Of a stretch of DNA of 64,000 bases, positions 51,057 to 64,000 are shown piece after piece. Under the pieces are notes generated by a model. It had not been told where the DNA came from. It made no database searches and saw nothing but the letters and a program-made list of their open reading frames with translations. Source of the DNA: Peribolospora baueri (lineage: Eukaryota). A program made the position numbers and the translations under genes. Every line of letters starts with the position of its first letter. Position 1 is the stretch's first letter. The DNA is taken from positions 1 to 64,000 of the forward strand of contig JAMDHS010000083.1 of assembly GCA_029717555.1 (NCBI GenBank). The letters run 5' to 3'.

Positions 51057-54000
51057 ATGCCTCCTCCTCACTCAAAAGCGCTCTCTTGGTCCGGCATCAA
51101 GAACATTGCCTGCCGCAACAGCTCGTCCCCCAACCTCCGGAACGGCGATAGGACGACCACCTCGTCTTCCGCACTTCCCTCTTCCGGCCTTCTTGCAGCC
51201 CCTTCTGCCTCCACCTCGACGTCCGCCGGCTCCACTTCCACCGCCTCGTCCACCGCCGACGCCTCCTTGCCGTCGAACCCAAACCCGAACGAGCCTATCG
51301 CTGTCCTCCGTCTCCGTATCCTCGCTGCGCGCAACCTCGCCCCCAAGGACCGCAACGGCCTTGCCGACCCCTACGTCGTTGCTACCTTCACCGGCGTACC
51401 CGAGCAGAGCAGCGGCAGCGGCAGGAGCAGAGAGTTCAAGGCGCGCAGGTCCACTCCCCCCGTCCCTAAGGACCTCAACCCGCGCTGGCCCGAGCATGAC
51501 GCTACGTTCGACGTTCTCGTCACCCCCTCCTGGTTTGGCGCGCTTGGCCAGCGTTCCTCGGACGCTGGCCCCTCTCCCCCAAAGTCGACGAGGATAGGCA
51601 CGGCCAAGCGCGTGGCCGTCAAGAGCGTCACCATGGGCCGTCGCGGCAACAAACCACGGCTCGCCCTCCAGCCCACCGCGGGCGTCGGTGATATCGACCT
51701 CGTCATGTGGGACAAGGACCGGTTTGGCAAGAACGATTACATGGGCGAGCTCAGTTTGGCTGTTGCCGATTGGTGTCCCGTCGCTGCCGGCTGGAACGAC
51801 CCTCAGAACGAGGTGCGTTCGGTGTCCTGGGTTGTTTGCAAGCGCTCTTTTGTCTTCATCCGTTTTTTCAGCTTGGTTGTATGCGCCCACGCTCAAACCG
51901 ATGTTTGCGCATTCTAACCTCTCCTCTCCAAAAGCCCCAATGGCACCCTCTTCTCTCGTCCCGGCGCAGCGCCAAAATCTCCGGCGACATCCTCGTCAAG
52001 GTCGGCTTCCTCCCTCCTCCCAGCCTCTCCTCAGACACCGCCTTCGACGCAGACGCTTTGTACGCGGCGCTCACGGCGGCAAATAGCAGATTGGTCAGGA
52101 GCAGCGTCCGACATGTGCCCGCCGTGAGTTTGAGTCGGCCCTTTACGAGGCCCTTCTCCTATCTAGCTGGACTGCATGCACATCGGCTCGCTGACCCTTT
52201 TTGCTGATACCTATCCTGACGTCCCTAAAAATTTTCCAGAACCAATCCGTCGGCACCACGGGACCGTCGGAAGCGTTCATCGATGATGGCCTCTCCTTCT
52301 CCTCTTCCTCCGACGATGACAGCGACGACGAACTCTCGTCGCCCTCCGAGTCTGAGGGCGGTCAGGAGGAAGATGATCATCCCTTCTTCGAATATGCGGA
52401 CGGCTCAAAAGTCCCCGACCCCTCTCGGCTCGCGCCTGAAGTCCAACCTACGCCAAGCGGCCCTGCGTCCGTCGCGCCTTCCAACATCTCTGGCGCATCC
52501 ACGCCCACCGCTCCCACCACTTTCGGCTTTGCCGCTCTGCCCGCCGTAGCCCCCAGCAGGAAGAATCGGTTCCGACTCAGGTCCCGGTCCCAGAACACGG
52601 CCAGCGGCGACCTCAGCAGGAGTGGCCTCGAGAGCGGGACAACGACCCCTCCGAGCGCGAATGAGCTCGCGCTCGCGCTTGCCGACGCCGACGGCGGCAA
52701 GACTGGCAAGAGGATCCGGAGCAGAAGGGCTGGCAGGGAAGCGAGGGCGGAGCGGAGGCGCATCGCCAAGGAGGCCAAGAGTAGCGCCAGAAGGACGAGG
52801 AGACGGAGGCGCGAGAAGAGGGGCGAGTATGCGTTTAGCGCGGACGCTGGGAGAGAGATCCTTGGAATCGTCATGGTCGAGGTCAAGGAAGCGCAAGACC
52901 TGCCGAGATGGCGGAACAGTGAGTATGCACTACGATGATCGGAAAAGACGGCCGCCGCCGAGCCGAGTTTCCTGAACCGACAGGACACTCTCTTTCTTCA
53001 CTTCGCTCTTTCACATACGTCTTCGCCCAGTGACCCGCACTGGGTTCGACATGGACCCCTTTACGATCGTCTCTTTCGGCCAGAAGGTCTTTCGCACCCG
53101 CGTTGTCCGCCACTCGCTCAACCCTGTCTGGGATGAGAAGTTGCTCTTCCACGTCCGTCGTCATGAGACCAACTTCCAGATCAAGTTTTCCATCTATGAC
53201 TGGGACAAGATGTCGTCCAACGACTACGTCGGCGGCACCGAGCTCTCCGTCGCCGAACTCATCTGCGCCGCCCCCAAACCTGACGACCGGACGGGCCTGT
53301 ATGCGCCCGACGAGGATGGAAAGCACAGCATGATCGAGTTCAAGCTGCCCGTCACGCGGGTCGAGAAGGATGAGGACGTCAAGTGGGGTGACAAGCATTC
53401 GCCGACGATAACCTTCAAAGCAAAGTACACGCCATACGAGGCACTCCGCCAGCGCTTCTGGCGCCAGCTCCTGCAGCAGTACGACACCGACGACACCAAC
53501 ACGCTCTCTCACCTCGAACTGAGCAGTATGCTGGACTCGCTTGGGTCGACGCTGAGCAAGCTGACGATCGACAGCTTCTTCGAGCGCAACGGCAAGACCA
53601 TTGACGACCAGCTCACGTTCGACGAGGCTGTGCTGTGCCTCGAGCGAGAGATCACGCGCCCCTGGAGCGAGAAGCGATGGGCGAGCAAGGGCGCCCTCGA
53701 GAGCGGCACCGTCACCCCGAGCGCTGGCGACGAGCCGTACGCGCTCGAGGTCACCGGCCCCTCTGCGCCGGGCGAGACCAATGTGCCGCTCCTCAAGGAC
53801 CACGATTCTGCCCCCATCGTTGTCCCCGGCACGGTCCACGAACCGACAAAGGAGAGCACGGACGATTCCAAACCGGCGTTCGAGCCCATTCGCCCGGGCC
53901 CCGACCGCGCTGGTGATGATGAGTCCATCGTGGCCACCATCGCAGCTATGGGGTCGCTGTCGATGACGCCCGCCACGTCGTCTGTCCCTTCCTCTCGTTC

Positions 54001-56265
54001 CGCCCCGTCCTCGTTTCAGCCCTCCTCGTATTCGCAACAGCCTTCCTACTCTCAGCTATCCTATTCGACACCGGCGACAACGGATGACGGCGAGGACGTC
54101 TCGGCCGAGGAGGTCCTCGCCGACGGCGAAGAAGAGAATGAGGGCGAAGAGGGCTCTCCCCCGGGCACGTCGCCGGACGACGCGGACGCCGTCGAGCGTG
54201 TCATCCTCCTTAAGTCCTGCCCCCTCTGCCACATGCCACGGCTGAGCAAGAAGGCCGAGGTGGACATCGTGACCCACCTGGCGGTGTGCGCGAGTCAGGA
54301 CTGGAGGAGGGTGGACCGGATCGTGGTGGGCAACTTTGTGACCGCCAGCCAGGCGCACCGCAAGTGGTACACCAAGATGTTCAGCAAGATCTCGACGGGA
54401 AGCTATCAGCTCGGTGCGGTGAGTCGGTCAGGGAAGGGGGTGGGGCGCCGAGCCGAGCCGTCCCACCCCATCTCTCTCGTTTGAGGGTGACGTTTGGTCC
54501 TAACCCAACCGTCGCCTATGACCACGACGCACGTTCACAGAATTCGGCCAACATCATCGTCCAAGACCGCATGACGGGAGAGATGCTGGAGGAGAAGATG
54601 CAGGTCTACGTCCGCCTCGGCATTCGTCTGCTCTACAAGGGCGCTCACAGCAAGATGGAGGGCGCCAGGGGTGAGTCGCCGCTTTGGTTCCGGACGGATG
54701 GCGCTCTGGGGGCATTTGGGCGGCCAGGCGAGGAGGTAATGGAACTCTACTTGACGTCGCCCCGACCTCTTCTCGACCCGGGTCGATGGACGGGACAGTG
54801 CGAAGGATGCTCAAGTCCATGTCGGTCAAGCAAGGCCTCAAGTACGACTCGCCCGCGTCGGCTCGAGAGATCCCTCCGTTCATCGCCTTCCACAACCTCA
54901 ATATGGATGAGGTTTTAGAGCCTGCGTCTTCCTTCAGTGAGTCCTTTTTCCGCCTCCCTCCTTCTCCCCGCGGATCGAGGCCGCGCTTGTCTTGTCGCGA
55001 CGGTCTTCGTCCTCCATTGGCTCGTGACTTTGCTCCTCTTACCTCGTCCGAATGCGATGGCTCCTTCCTTCCCAGCCACGTTTAACGAGTTTTTCTACCG
55101 CAAGCTCAAGCCCGGCGCCCGCGCACCCGACGACCCCTCAGACCCGGCCACGCTCGTCTCGGGCGCAGACTGCAGGATGATGGCGTTTGAGAGCGTGGGC
55201 GAGGCTACGCGCATCTGGATCAAGGGACGCGAGTTCAGCGTGGGCAGGCTGCTCGGGGAGACGTACGGGAAAGAGGCGAGCAGGTTCGAGGGCGGCGGTT
55301 TGGTCATCTTCAGGTTGGCGCCTCAGGTGAGTTTCGCTTTCCTCGTCCCACTTCCATCGCGTGTCCTGGTCTTTTCGCCCTCGGCCGGTCTTGAACAGGA
55401 TCCCATCCGTCTTTCGTCTCGCCGTCCCCCTTTCGCTCTGCTTTTCTATGACGCGGCTCGCATCGCGAACAGGACTATCACCGATTCCACTCGCCCGTCG
55501 ACGGCAAGGTCGGAAATTTCTCTTGGATAGAAGGACAGTACTATACCGGTGAGTGGGCGGGGACCGGACGTGGCGCTTATACGCCTGGGTGACGTGTCCA
55601 GCTTTTCCTGACCGACGCGACCTCCTAATCCTCCGGCTCTCCGTAGTGAACCCTATGGCCATTCGATCGGCGTGAGTAGAGGTTTTCGCTTCGAACTTCT
55701 GCGTGCACCGTCTCCGCATTGCGATTAGTGTTTGGTGTTTGGTGTTTCTGCTCGCTTACTTACTGTGACCGACCTCATTCGACGCTCGTACCTTGTCCAC
55801 ACAGCATCGACGTCTACGGCGAGAATGTCCGCGTGGTCGTGCCCTTCGACTCGCCCTCCTTCGGTCACGTCATGGCGGTGTGCATAGGTGCCATGATGGT
55901 TGGCTCCACGGTGCTGACGGTCAAACCGGGGGACGAGGTAAAGCGCGCGCAGGAGTTTGGATACTTTAAGTTCGGAGGCTCGACGATCGTCTTGCTCTTC
56001 GAGAGGGGCGCCGTCAAGTTTGACGATGATCTCCTGGAGAACTCCCGCGGGGCCATCGAGACGCTCGTTCGGTGAGTGGAGTCCCGTGCAGCATGTGGCG
56101 TGGCACACTTTCATATGTTCTCTTTCATCGCCGAGTCGGTCGTTCACTGACGTTTTCGCCGTCGGCTCCGTCGTTCTGCGTGACTCGCGCAGAGTGGGAA
56201 TGCGTATCGGTCGCGCAACAGGGACGAACGGCGGATCAGCAAACGCGGGGAGCGCGACCGCTTGA
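51057..56265 (+). CDS. PSD2: Phosphatidylserine decarboxylase 2 (C2 domains, EF-hand-like region)
   Basis: Two C2 domains ([27 protein letters not shown]...HSLNPVWDE), [33 protein letters not shown] and autocleavage motif FGGST. Confidence 0.95.
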
Positions 56266-57317
56266 GGCGCGCAACTCGTCATGTCATTGTCATGCGTCAA
56301 AGAAAACGAAACGGTCGACCTGTCGTAGACCTGTCTTCCCTAGGCTGGCTTGCTTTTCGTCGCGTCCGATCACTTCGGCCGTGCAGTTTTCGATACGGCT
56401 TTTCACCGCACTTGACACCACCATCTTCCTCGTGCCTCTGTTCTGGAACTTGAACAACTACGCGCATACCTATCATCCATCACCTCTTCTCCGCCGCCGC
56501 GTATTCTACGACATCACGTACCTCTCTTTCGCTCTTCAACGGCCTCGCATTCAGGGGCGTCAACAACAATTCCAATACCTACTGTACCATCTCCCGCAAT
56601 CCCCGCAACTATCCATCCACCCGATCCGCACCACACCTTCTTCCCCGCGCCTGTCTCCCTCAACTTGGGACGACCTCGGCGGCGGCTCCTCGTCGTCTTC
56701 ATCGTCGTCAGTCAGTCTCGGACCGGAACTTTTTGACCGGACTTTAATGTACCGCGTACTTAGGGACCAAGGACTACTATTTTTCGTTTTGGAGAATGAA
56801 ATTAGAATGAAAGAACGGATGGCGAAATCGGCCGTCGTTTCTCGTCGCTCGGTCGGTCGGTCGGTTGAGCGTGGAGTGTGGAGCGTGGATTTGCCTCCAA
56901 ACTGGAGTCAGCAGATGCAGACGGTTTGCAAATGATCATCAAACGACTGCGCAAGGGTTATCTTATCTCTTCCGTCTGTCTCCCTCTCTCCCTCCCCGAC
57001 TTCCGCTCTTCTCTTTGATCTGCCAACAAAGCCAGCTTCGGAGTGGCGCCTCGCCTCGTCAGTCCCGTTCCCGTTCCCGTTCCCGTTGCCGATCTAGCTC
57101 GCGGATGGGATCTTTCCGGGCCTTTCCTTTCGGCCCGGCTCGGCCGGACGAAACTGGACTCGCTCTGCGTGCGAACCGGGTCCCCCTCAAATGCAAGCAA
57201 GCACAAGGATGAGCCCGAGTTTTCATGCGGGGTCATCCTGAAAATGTCCTCCGTTCGTACGAGCGGGCATTGGATGGAAGGATAGATGGATAGAGTGAGA
57301 GAGAGGGAAAACAAAAG

Positions 57318-57346
57318 CGAACCGAACCGAACCGAACCGAACCGAA
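57318..57346. repeat. (CGAAC)n microsatellite
   Basis: About 5 copies, read directly. Confidence 0.85.
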
Positions 57347-57464
57347 AACGCAAGTCAAAAGCCTGGCCCTGACCGCGGCCCCAAGCAAAATCGCGCGCGG
57401 CCTTGCGACCGAACCCCCCCACGTCACGTCGCCCTGAAACACGGTTCCTACGGCATTTCGGCGA

Positions 57465-60400
57465 CTACGCTCTTGAGACGATCAGAGGCATCTGCGAGCC
57501 CTTCTCTTTCTGACTTATGACCCTTTGAGATGAAGCGGAAGCGGACAGGTGACGAATGAGGGAGGGAAAACGACGAGTCAGGATAATCGACCAAAGGATG
57601 AATCTGGCCGGAATCGGCTCGGCTCAGCTCACCTCGGGCGCAATACGATCCCTTGCTTCGTCTCGATCTCCAACCCGGGCACAGGCTCGAACTTGAATGA
57701 CCGAATGAGGGTGGAGAGGATGACCTTGAATTCGGCTGGACGGTGGGCCGAGGGAAGATGGGCGTGGGGATTCGTTAGCCCCGGTTCTGCAACGCACGCT
57801 TCGGGCCGACGGCCCTTGCGACGACTTCGGACTCGGATTCGGATCCGAGTCCACAATCCACTCACTCAAGGCAAACTTGCTTCCGATGCTGCAAACCGTC
57901 GGTGAAGGGAGGGCCGGCCGAAGAGACGTCGCGTCGCGGTCAGATGACGATGGCATCAGCTTCGGCGTACCCACGAGCACGAGCACGAGCAGGAGCACGC
58001 TTCGCGCTCACCAGCTACGGGGACCGTTCATAAACGTCATGACGTTGCCGGGCATGTGGGCGTCGATGACCGCTTGCGGCAGCTCGTCCCATCGATCCGG
58101 CCTGTGATGGTAGGGCGCCCCGTAACGACGGACGGACGAGAACACGGTCAGGCTGACGGTCAGCACCACTATACCTTTCTATTGTCGCCACTTTTTCTCG
58201 ACGCGGCCCCCCGGCGCGCATGTGAGGCACTTGCCTGAACTTGTCGGCGTCTGGGCCGAAGATGAACTTAGACTTGTTTACCGCCTACAAGCGAGCGAGC
58301 GAGCGAGCGAAAAAATAGGCGAACGCGACGGAAGAAAGTGGCGTGAGCAACCCATCCCTTCTCGTCTCGTCTCGTCGGCGCGCAATGTCAGGAGCGAGAA
58401 GAGGGAAAGAGTATGCTCACGGTGATGGGAATGAGAACTTCGTCTCCCTGAAAGAGAGGGACAAGAGACGGGTAAAGACGGCCAAATCGGATCAGCCGGG
58501 AGCGAGAGCGAGAGCTAACCGAAAAGCCAGTCACGTCCACGCCTCGACTGGACCGGACCGAGGTGAACACAACACACCTTTTTGACGGGCAGCTCAGTGA
58601 TGGTACGCTTTCCGTCCCTGGAAAGGACGGGGTTGCCGAGCGGGATGATATCATCATGTGCTGCCGTGCGAACCGTACTACCCGGATGGGAACACGCGAC
58701 GCGACGCGATGCAATGAAAGGCCACGAGGAGGGTCAGCCCCTCCTCGCAGAAAACGGGAAACGAAAGAAAAAAAAAGGCCCATTACGGGGGGCCGAAACG
58801 CACCTCGGCACAGCGGGCGTGAACCTCATCATCTCCTTCGTGACCTTTTCGAGGAATGGCAGCTCGTTCAGTTCGCTGTAGTTGATCTCGCTGTCCGGGT
58901 TAGGGAGTGCGGCTTGAACCTCGGCGCGCAGCTTGGACTGGACGTCCGGGTGGTTTGAGAGCGTCCAGAGGGTCCACGTCAGTGAGGTCGCCGTGGTCTG
59001 TGGCAAGGAGGGGAAGGGGTGGACAAGTTAGCAGAGGAGGGGGTGGTGAAGAAGTTAGTAGAGGAGTTTGGTGAAAGAGGGGCTGGCCCTGTTGACGGAC
59101 GAAGACACACTCACCTCGTGCCCGGCGAGGATCTGCTCGGTGGGTAAGAGAGGAAGACACGGTCGGGAGGGGCGAATCAATCAGCGCGCCTCGTCCAGAA
59201 TCGATCGAAGCGACGAGAGGGTACAGAAAGCATGGAGAACCAACCATGGTCGTCAACTGTCCGAGCACCTCGTCATCCCTCAACCTCTCGTTATCCTTGA
59301 GGTCGTCAGCCATGTTGGCCCTTATGACGAGATGAAGGACGTCCTTGTGGCCACCTGCTGTCGTCACGTCCTCGTCGAACGCCGATTTGGAGAGCTTCTC
59401 CCCGCCGCCCACGTCGGCGTTCGCGGAGAGCTTGGGTGGAAGCGCAGCACCGGAGCGTTTGGTGATGTGGCCGGGGTCGGGAGGCGAGGCGGGGAGGGAA
59501 AGGCCGACTTCGGCGGCAATGAGTCTCTTCTTCTCCTCGAGGATCTGCCGCGAGACGCGCTGCATCGTGGCGAGGCAGCTTTGTGGATGGGAACGAGACG
59601 AGCAGGAGACGAGGACGCCGACCGATGTTTACGACCATATTAGATGCGGGGGGTCAACGTCGGTTCGCAATCGACCCGGTGGAACGGAAGGGTACTCACG
59701 ACTTGATCGTCAAGTTGCGTTTGGTCGGCAATTTCCTGTGCCGATGGGAAGACATGAAGGCGACACGAAATACTCAGCGAACGCGAGTTCGGATCGCAGC
59801 TTCACCGCCGCCCCGGACACACGCACCTGAGCCATCTGAAAGCGCGAAACTTCTGCATGGCTATGACGAGCAGGTTCAAGAGCGACATGTCGAACCCAGC
59901 CTTCATCATGCTGTTGAATGCGTCGGCCACCTCGTCGCCTTCCTCCCCGCCGATGAGCGAGTTGAAGTTGTACGAGAAGCCGGCGTCGCCGATGATGTCG
60001 AGCGTTGTGCGGCTCAACCAAAACATGGCGTCGGTGACGACCGTGCCGGCTTGAGCGGGCACGACGACAGCGTTGGCGCCATCTGCGGCGGGGCTGGGGT
60101 CGTGGACGACGCCGTCGACGATGGCACCAAGATGGCGGGAGAGCCTGTTGGCGTGGCGGAAAAAGGTGGGCGTGAGGTCGCGGACGGAGGATTGGCTGAA
60201 AGCGGGGTTGAGGACCTTGCGCTGGCGGCGGTGGGCGTGTCCCTCGGCGACGAGGATGCCCTCACCGAGGAGCCTGGCGAGGAAGGAGCGCGTGCCCTCA
60301 GGCTTGGGGTATTCGTAGCTCTTGGACATGAGCACATAGTTGAGCGCCTTGGGATCGGTGATCCAGAGACGGTCGCTGTAGAGCATGCCCTTGTACACCA

Positions 60401-60768
60401 AGACGGGACCGTATTGATCCATCCACTTGAGGTGCTGGTCTGCTGGCTCCGCCACTCTGATCTCTGCGAGCGAGTTCGGGGAGGAGAAGGAGCGGGTTAG
60501 TCCTTGTCTGGAGACGGGACGGGAAGGGTGCCCGTCCGTCTGTCTGTCTGTCGCGTCGCTCGCTGCACTCGCCAGGTAAGTTTCCCCATATGGCCGCCCT
60601 CAAGCCGATCGGTCTGGGGCCGGGCAAGTGTCGATACTTGGACACGTAGGGCTTGAGGACGATGCGATAGGCGAGGAGGGCGGCGAGGAGAAGCGGGGGG
60701 AGGGCGAGGAGGACCCATGGGTGGTGGGCGAGGAGGGGGATGATGGGCGCGGTCGGGAGGGTGGGCAT
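57465..60768 (-). CDS. Cytochrome P450 (canonical type)
   Basis: TM anchor plus LPGP, HRRQRKVLNPAFS, TLDIIG, I-helix ILAGHETTAT, EMMR, FRPDRW and heme motif FMNGPRSCIG. About 11 introns. Confidence 0.93.
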
Positions 60769-61408
60769 GGTGGGCGGGCGGGAAGGGGGATGGTGGTTGG
60801 GGAGGAAGAGTGGTAACGCGAAGGGGAACTAAGTAGTGGACGACGAATGTATGCGCACACCGTCGACGTCGACCGGCGCGTTCGATACGGAGATATAAAA
60901 GGTCGGAGGGCGTCTTCGTTGCGTGTGCGTCTGAGGTCTGCTCACTTGACTTGGCCGTCCGGGGCGACGACGATGACGCCGACGCTGACGACGACAACAA
61001 TCTCGATGTCCGACGCTGACCTCGTCTCGCTCCGAACTTGGCCCTGCTGTGCTCGACTCGACGATCCCTCCGCCTTCTTCGTATCCCGTTCCTGAGCCTA
61101 GCCTGTCTCTCATCTTGCGACGTCGGACGCGAGCTCGCTAATCTCTCGCCCGGGCCGATGTGTGGTCCCGCGGCGCAATCGGCCAACGCCGGGCCGCCCG
61201 GCAGACGATCGCATGCATATGCAAATTTCAGGCACCTCTTCCTTCCCATCCTCGACAAGTAGTAGAACTCAGAATTGACCCCATGTCTGTCCCGGACAGG
61301 ACCTAGAAAAGGCACTCAAAGTGTCTATACATGGACGACGCACAGACGCAGACGCATAGCCGACCGGCCGGCTGGCTGGCCACGTCCGTCACTCTCATGC
61401 CGACCTCA

Positions 61409-64000
61409 TCACTCCGTCTTGCCCGCCCGCCTAATCTCCGCCACGCCGTCGACGCCGCGTCCCCAGAAGGAGCGCGAATCTTCCTGCGCGGCTGAGGGAG
61501 CAGCCAGCGCCTCCGTTCCACCCGCTCCACCTCCAGCGACGCCCTGCATGGCGTTCGCGGCGCCGGACCGGGCGACGAAATCCCTCTTCAAATCCCAGTC
61601 CATCCGTCGGAGCTGCATCTCCTCCTCGCTGTGCAACCACAGCGCTCGCTCCAGGACGTGCCGCACCAGGCTGCGTAGGAAGCCGTATGCTTGCTCCGAG
61701 CCGAGCGCTACGAGAGCGGCAGAGAGCACGGCGCCGACGGCTCCCGGGCAGATCGACGAGAACACGGCCGAGTTGGCAGACCGCAAGGGCGAGAGGAACG
61801 ACGAGCCCGAGGTGCCGAAGAGGTAGACTAGCGAGGCGTTGGTGAGCGCAGAGAGCCATGAGATGAAGCCCTGGAGGAAAAAATAGACATAAAAAATAAA
61901 AATAAAAAAAGCCAGGACGCGATGCCGGTCATGCTCAGCGCTGCTCGCATCCCATCAACCCCTCACACCGCGCCCCCAATCCGAACCAGGCACTCCTCAC
62001 CATAGTCTCAAGCCAAGGTCCAATAGTCTCGGTCCTGTAAGGCACCGGCCTGCGCGCGTGCACACAGATCTTCAAAGCGTCGGATCGGATCTCGACAAAG
62101 TTGTTGATGTACGCCATGAGACCGGCTAGCGGCCATGCCACGGACCAGAGAGTCACGTAACCGAACTGCGCCAGAGGTCAGGGGAGCCACGGGTCAGCAG
62201 CCAATTTCGCACAACGCAGCTGGTCATCGGAGTGCTAGTCGAGTCGACGCTCACCTGCGTCGCCATCTCGGCATAGTCGACGAACAGACTGTATTCCGGC
62301 AGCTCGAGCTCGGCCTCGACGCGCTCGACAAAGACCTTGTCCTCCTCCTCCTCCTTCGTCTTCTCCTGATCACCGTCGGGAAGAGTCTTCTCGCCCTTGC
62401 CTTCTCCGTTCTTGCTCGTAGCACCTCCCTGGTCGTTCGCGCTCTTCTTCACCGTGTGCTCGTGGACCTTGTGCATGACGAGCCGTTTGAGCCACGGCAC
62501 GATCAGTTCGGTTGCTAGGTTCGTCACCTGGCCTGTGACGGTGTAAGCGAACAGTTGTTTCTCCAGCCTGTCCGTCGAGACCTCAAAGTGCGGCCTCACG
62601 TCCTTGCCACCGTTGATCATGCTGTCCACATGGCTCTGATCCGACGACGAGCCAAAGCCATCGAATCGGAGTCCGAGAGTATGGCCGAACCGATCGACGA
62701 TGGCGGAACCAAAGGGGATGTATACGTACGCAGACAACATAAGCGCCCCGTAAGCGACAAAGGCGTTGAGAGCGAACATCTTGATCGTCAGCGAATAGTC
62801 GTGCGAGCTCTCGTGATGGTGGTTCTCCCAGTTTGTCAGCCCCGTCGCCGTCTCTTGCCAGAGCGCTAGGATGCTCGGGATGACGGTGGCGAAGATGACG
62901 GTGGGAATGTAAGGCTATCGACCGAGTTAGGGCATCGGTATATGAGTCGTGGCGAAAACTCACAAAAAAAAACCTTCGAGCGACAAACTGCCGCGTCCAG
63001 AGCAGACTTACGACGTATTGGTGACCCGGTCCATCGTAGAGCTGGGATACGAATTCCTCCAACACGAATATCACCGTCATGACCGCGCCCAGCAACGCGG
63101 CGAACAAGAGCAGAACCTGTACGAAAAGGAAGATCCATCAGCGTCTTGATCGACGTCGAGGAACATCCCCGCTGAGCGGGTCCACTCACCGGCAGACTGG
63201 CCCAGGTGCGCATGTCCCTCTTCCACCAGGGGAAAACTTCGACGATCTCTCCTGTCGCCTCGTCCATCTCACGCCTCTCCGGCTTGAACCCGTGCCGTTT
63301 GCTCTCCACTTTGCGCACCCCTCGCGTCCCCCACCGGACAGACAGCTTTCGTTCACGCATCCGCCAGCTCTCCACGAACACTGTGCTCCACCCCACGGCG
63401 AGGAGCGAGTAGAGAGCGGAAAACGACACGCCGAGGGACCACACGCTGAGACCAAGGACGGCGATCGGGAGCAAAGACAAGAAGTAGTAGTTGAGGAAGG
63501 CGAAGTAGAGCGCCACAGCCTCGCCAAAGTGGTTCCGCACGCTGTCCAGTTCCGCGAGCGTGATGCCGCGAAGAGAGAGGCCCTTCCCAGAGCTCCAACG
63601 CTGCAGCCATTCGCGGTTAAAGGTGGCGTCGTGGAGAGGCGTAAGGGAAAGCAGGTGCGGGAATTCCTCCGAGCCCGGTCTGACGCCCGCGCCGGGCAGG
63701 TTTTGCGAGACGGCGGAGACCGTCGCCGTTGGTTGGTCCGCGTCCGTCGAGGCCTTTGTCGAGATCACTTCATCGCGAGGAGGTGAGACGAGGAGGTGGT
63801 GGACGTGGCGGAGTCTCTCGGCGGAAGACAGCGTCTCTGGATTACGCGACGACGAGCGCCGGTCCACGGCAGGTCCGGGGACGAAGCTGGTCTTGACGCC
63901 ATGGAGCCAGTCGCTGAGTCTGACGATGCGAGCAGGGACGCGAAGGCCAATGTGATGAGGAGGGAAGACGAAGGTGTACACGGCCGTCCGGCGTGACCGC
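61409..64000 (-). CDS. Anoctamin/TMEM16 (Ist2-like) channel or scramblase; 5' end beyond the window
   Basis: LHD...WLQRW, VRNHFGEAVALYFAFL, WENHH, YSLFVDYAEMATQFGYV and NNFVEIRSDALKIC...RRPVPYRTETIGPW. Confidence 0.9.

Overview
GC-rich, intron-dense eukaryotic DNA from a basidiomycete fungus; the histone H4 sequence and gene structures suggest a smut relative (Ustilaginomycotina), which is inference. About 18 apparently intact protein genes: P4-ATPase flippase (partial), YME1, a conserved-looking hypothetical protein, two P450s, two histone H4 genes, NOP9, a Cnl2/Nkp2-like protein, a TPP enzyme, a secreted aspartic protease, SmD2, STRAP, an MFS transporter, QCR7, an SNF2 ATPase, PSD2 and an anoctamin/IST2-like protein (partial). 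There is also one intron-containing tRNA-Asn(GTT). The anomalous part is about 10.15-16.5 kb. It holds a lower-GC insert with a ~0.5 kb fold-back inverted duplication around a frameshifted orphan gene with an NLS-like motif. The right end of the insert cuts off an SSADH-like aldehyde dehydrogenase. Next come an SDR pseudogene with a 162-bp internal inversion and a relic of a P450 paralog. The duplicated copies differ mostly by CpG transitions. About six GC-AG introns are needed to keep reading frames, which looks unusually frequent. Gene coordinates span introns, and splice boundaries were read by eye.
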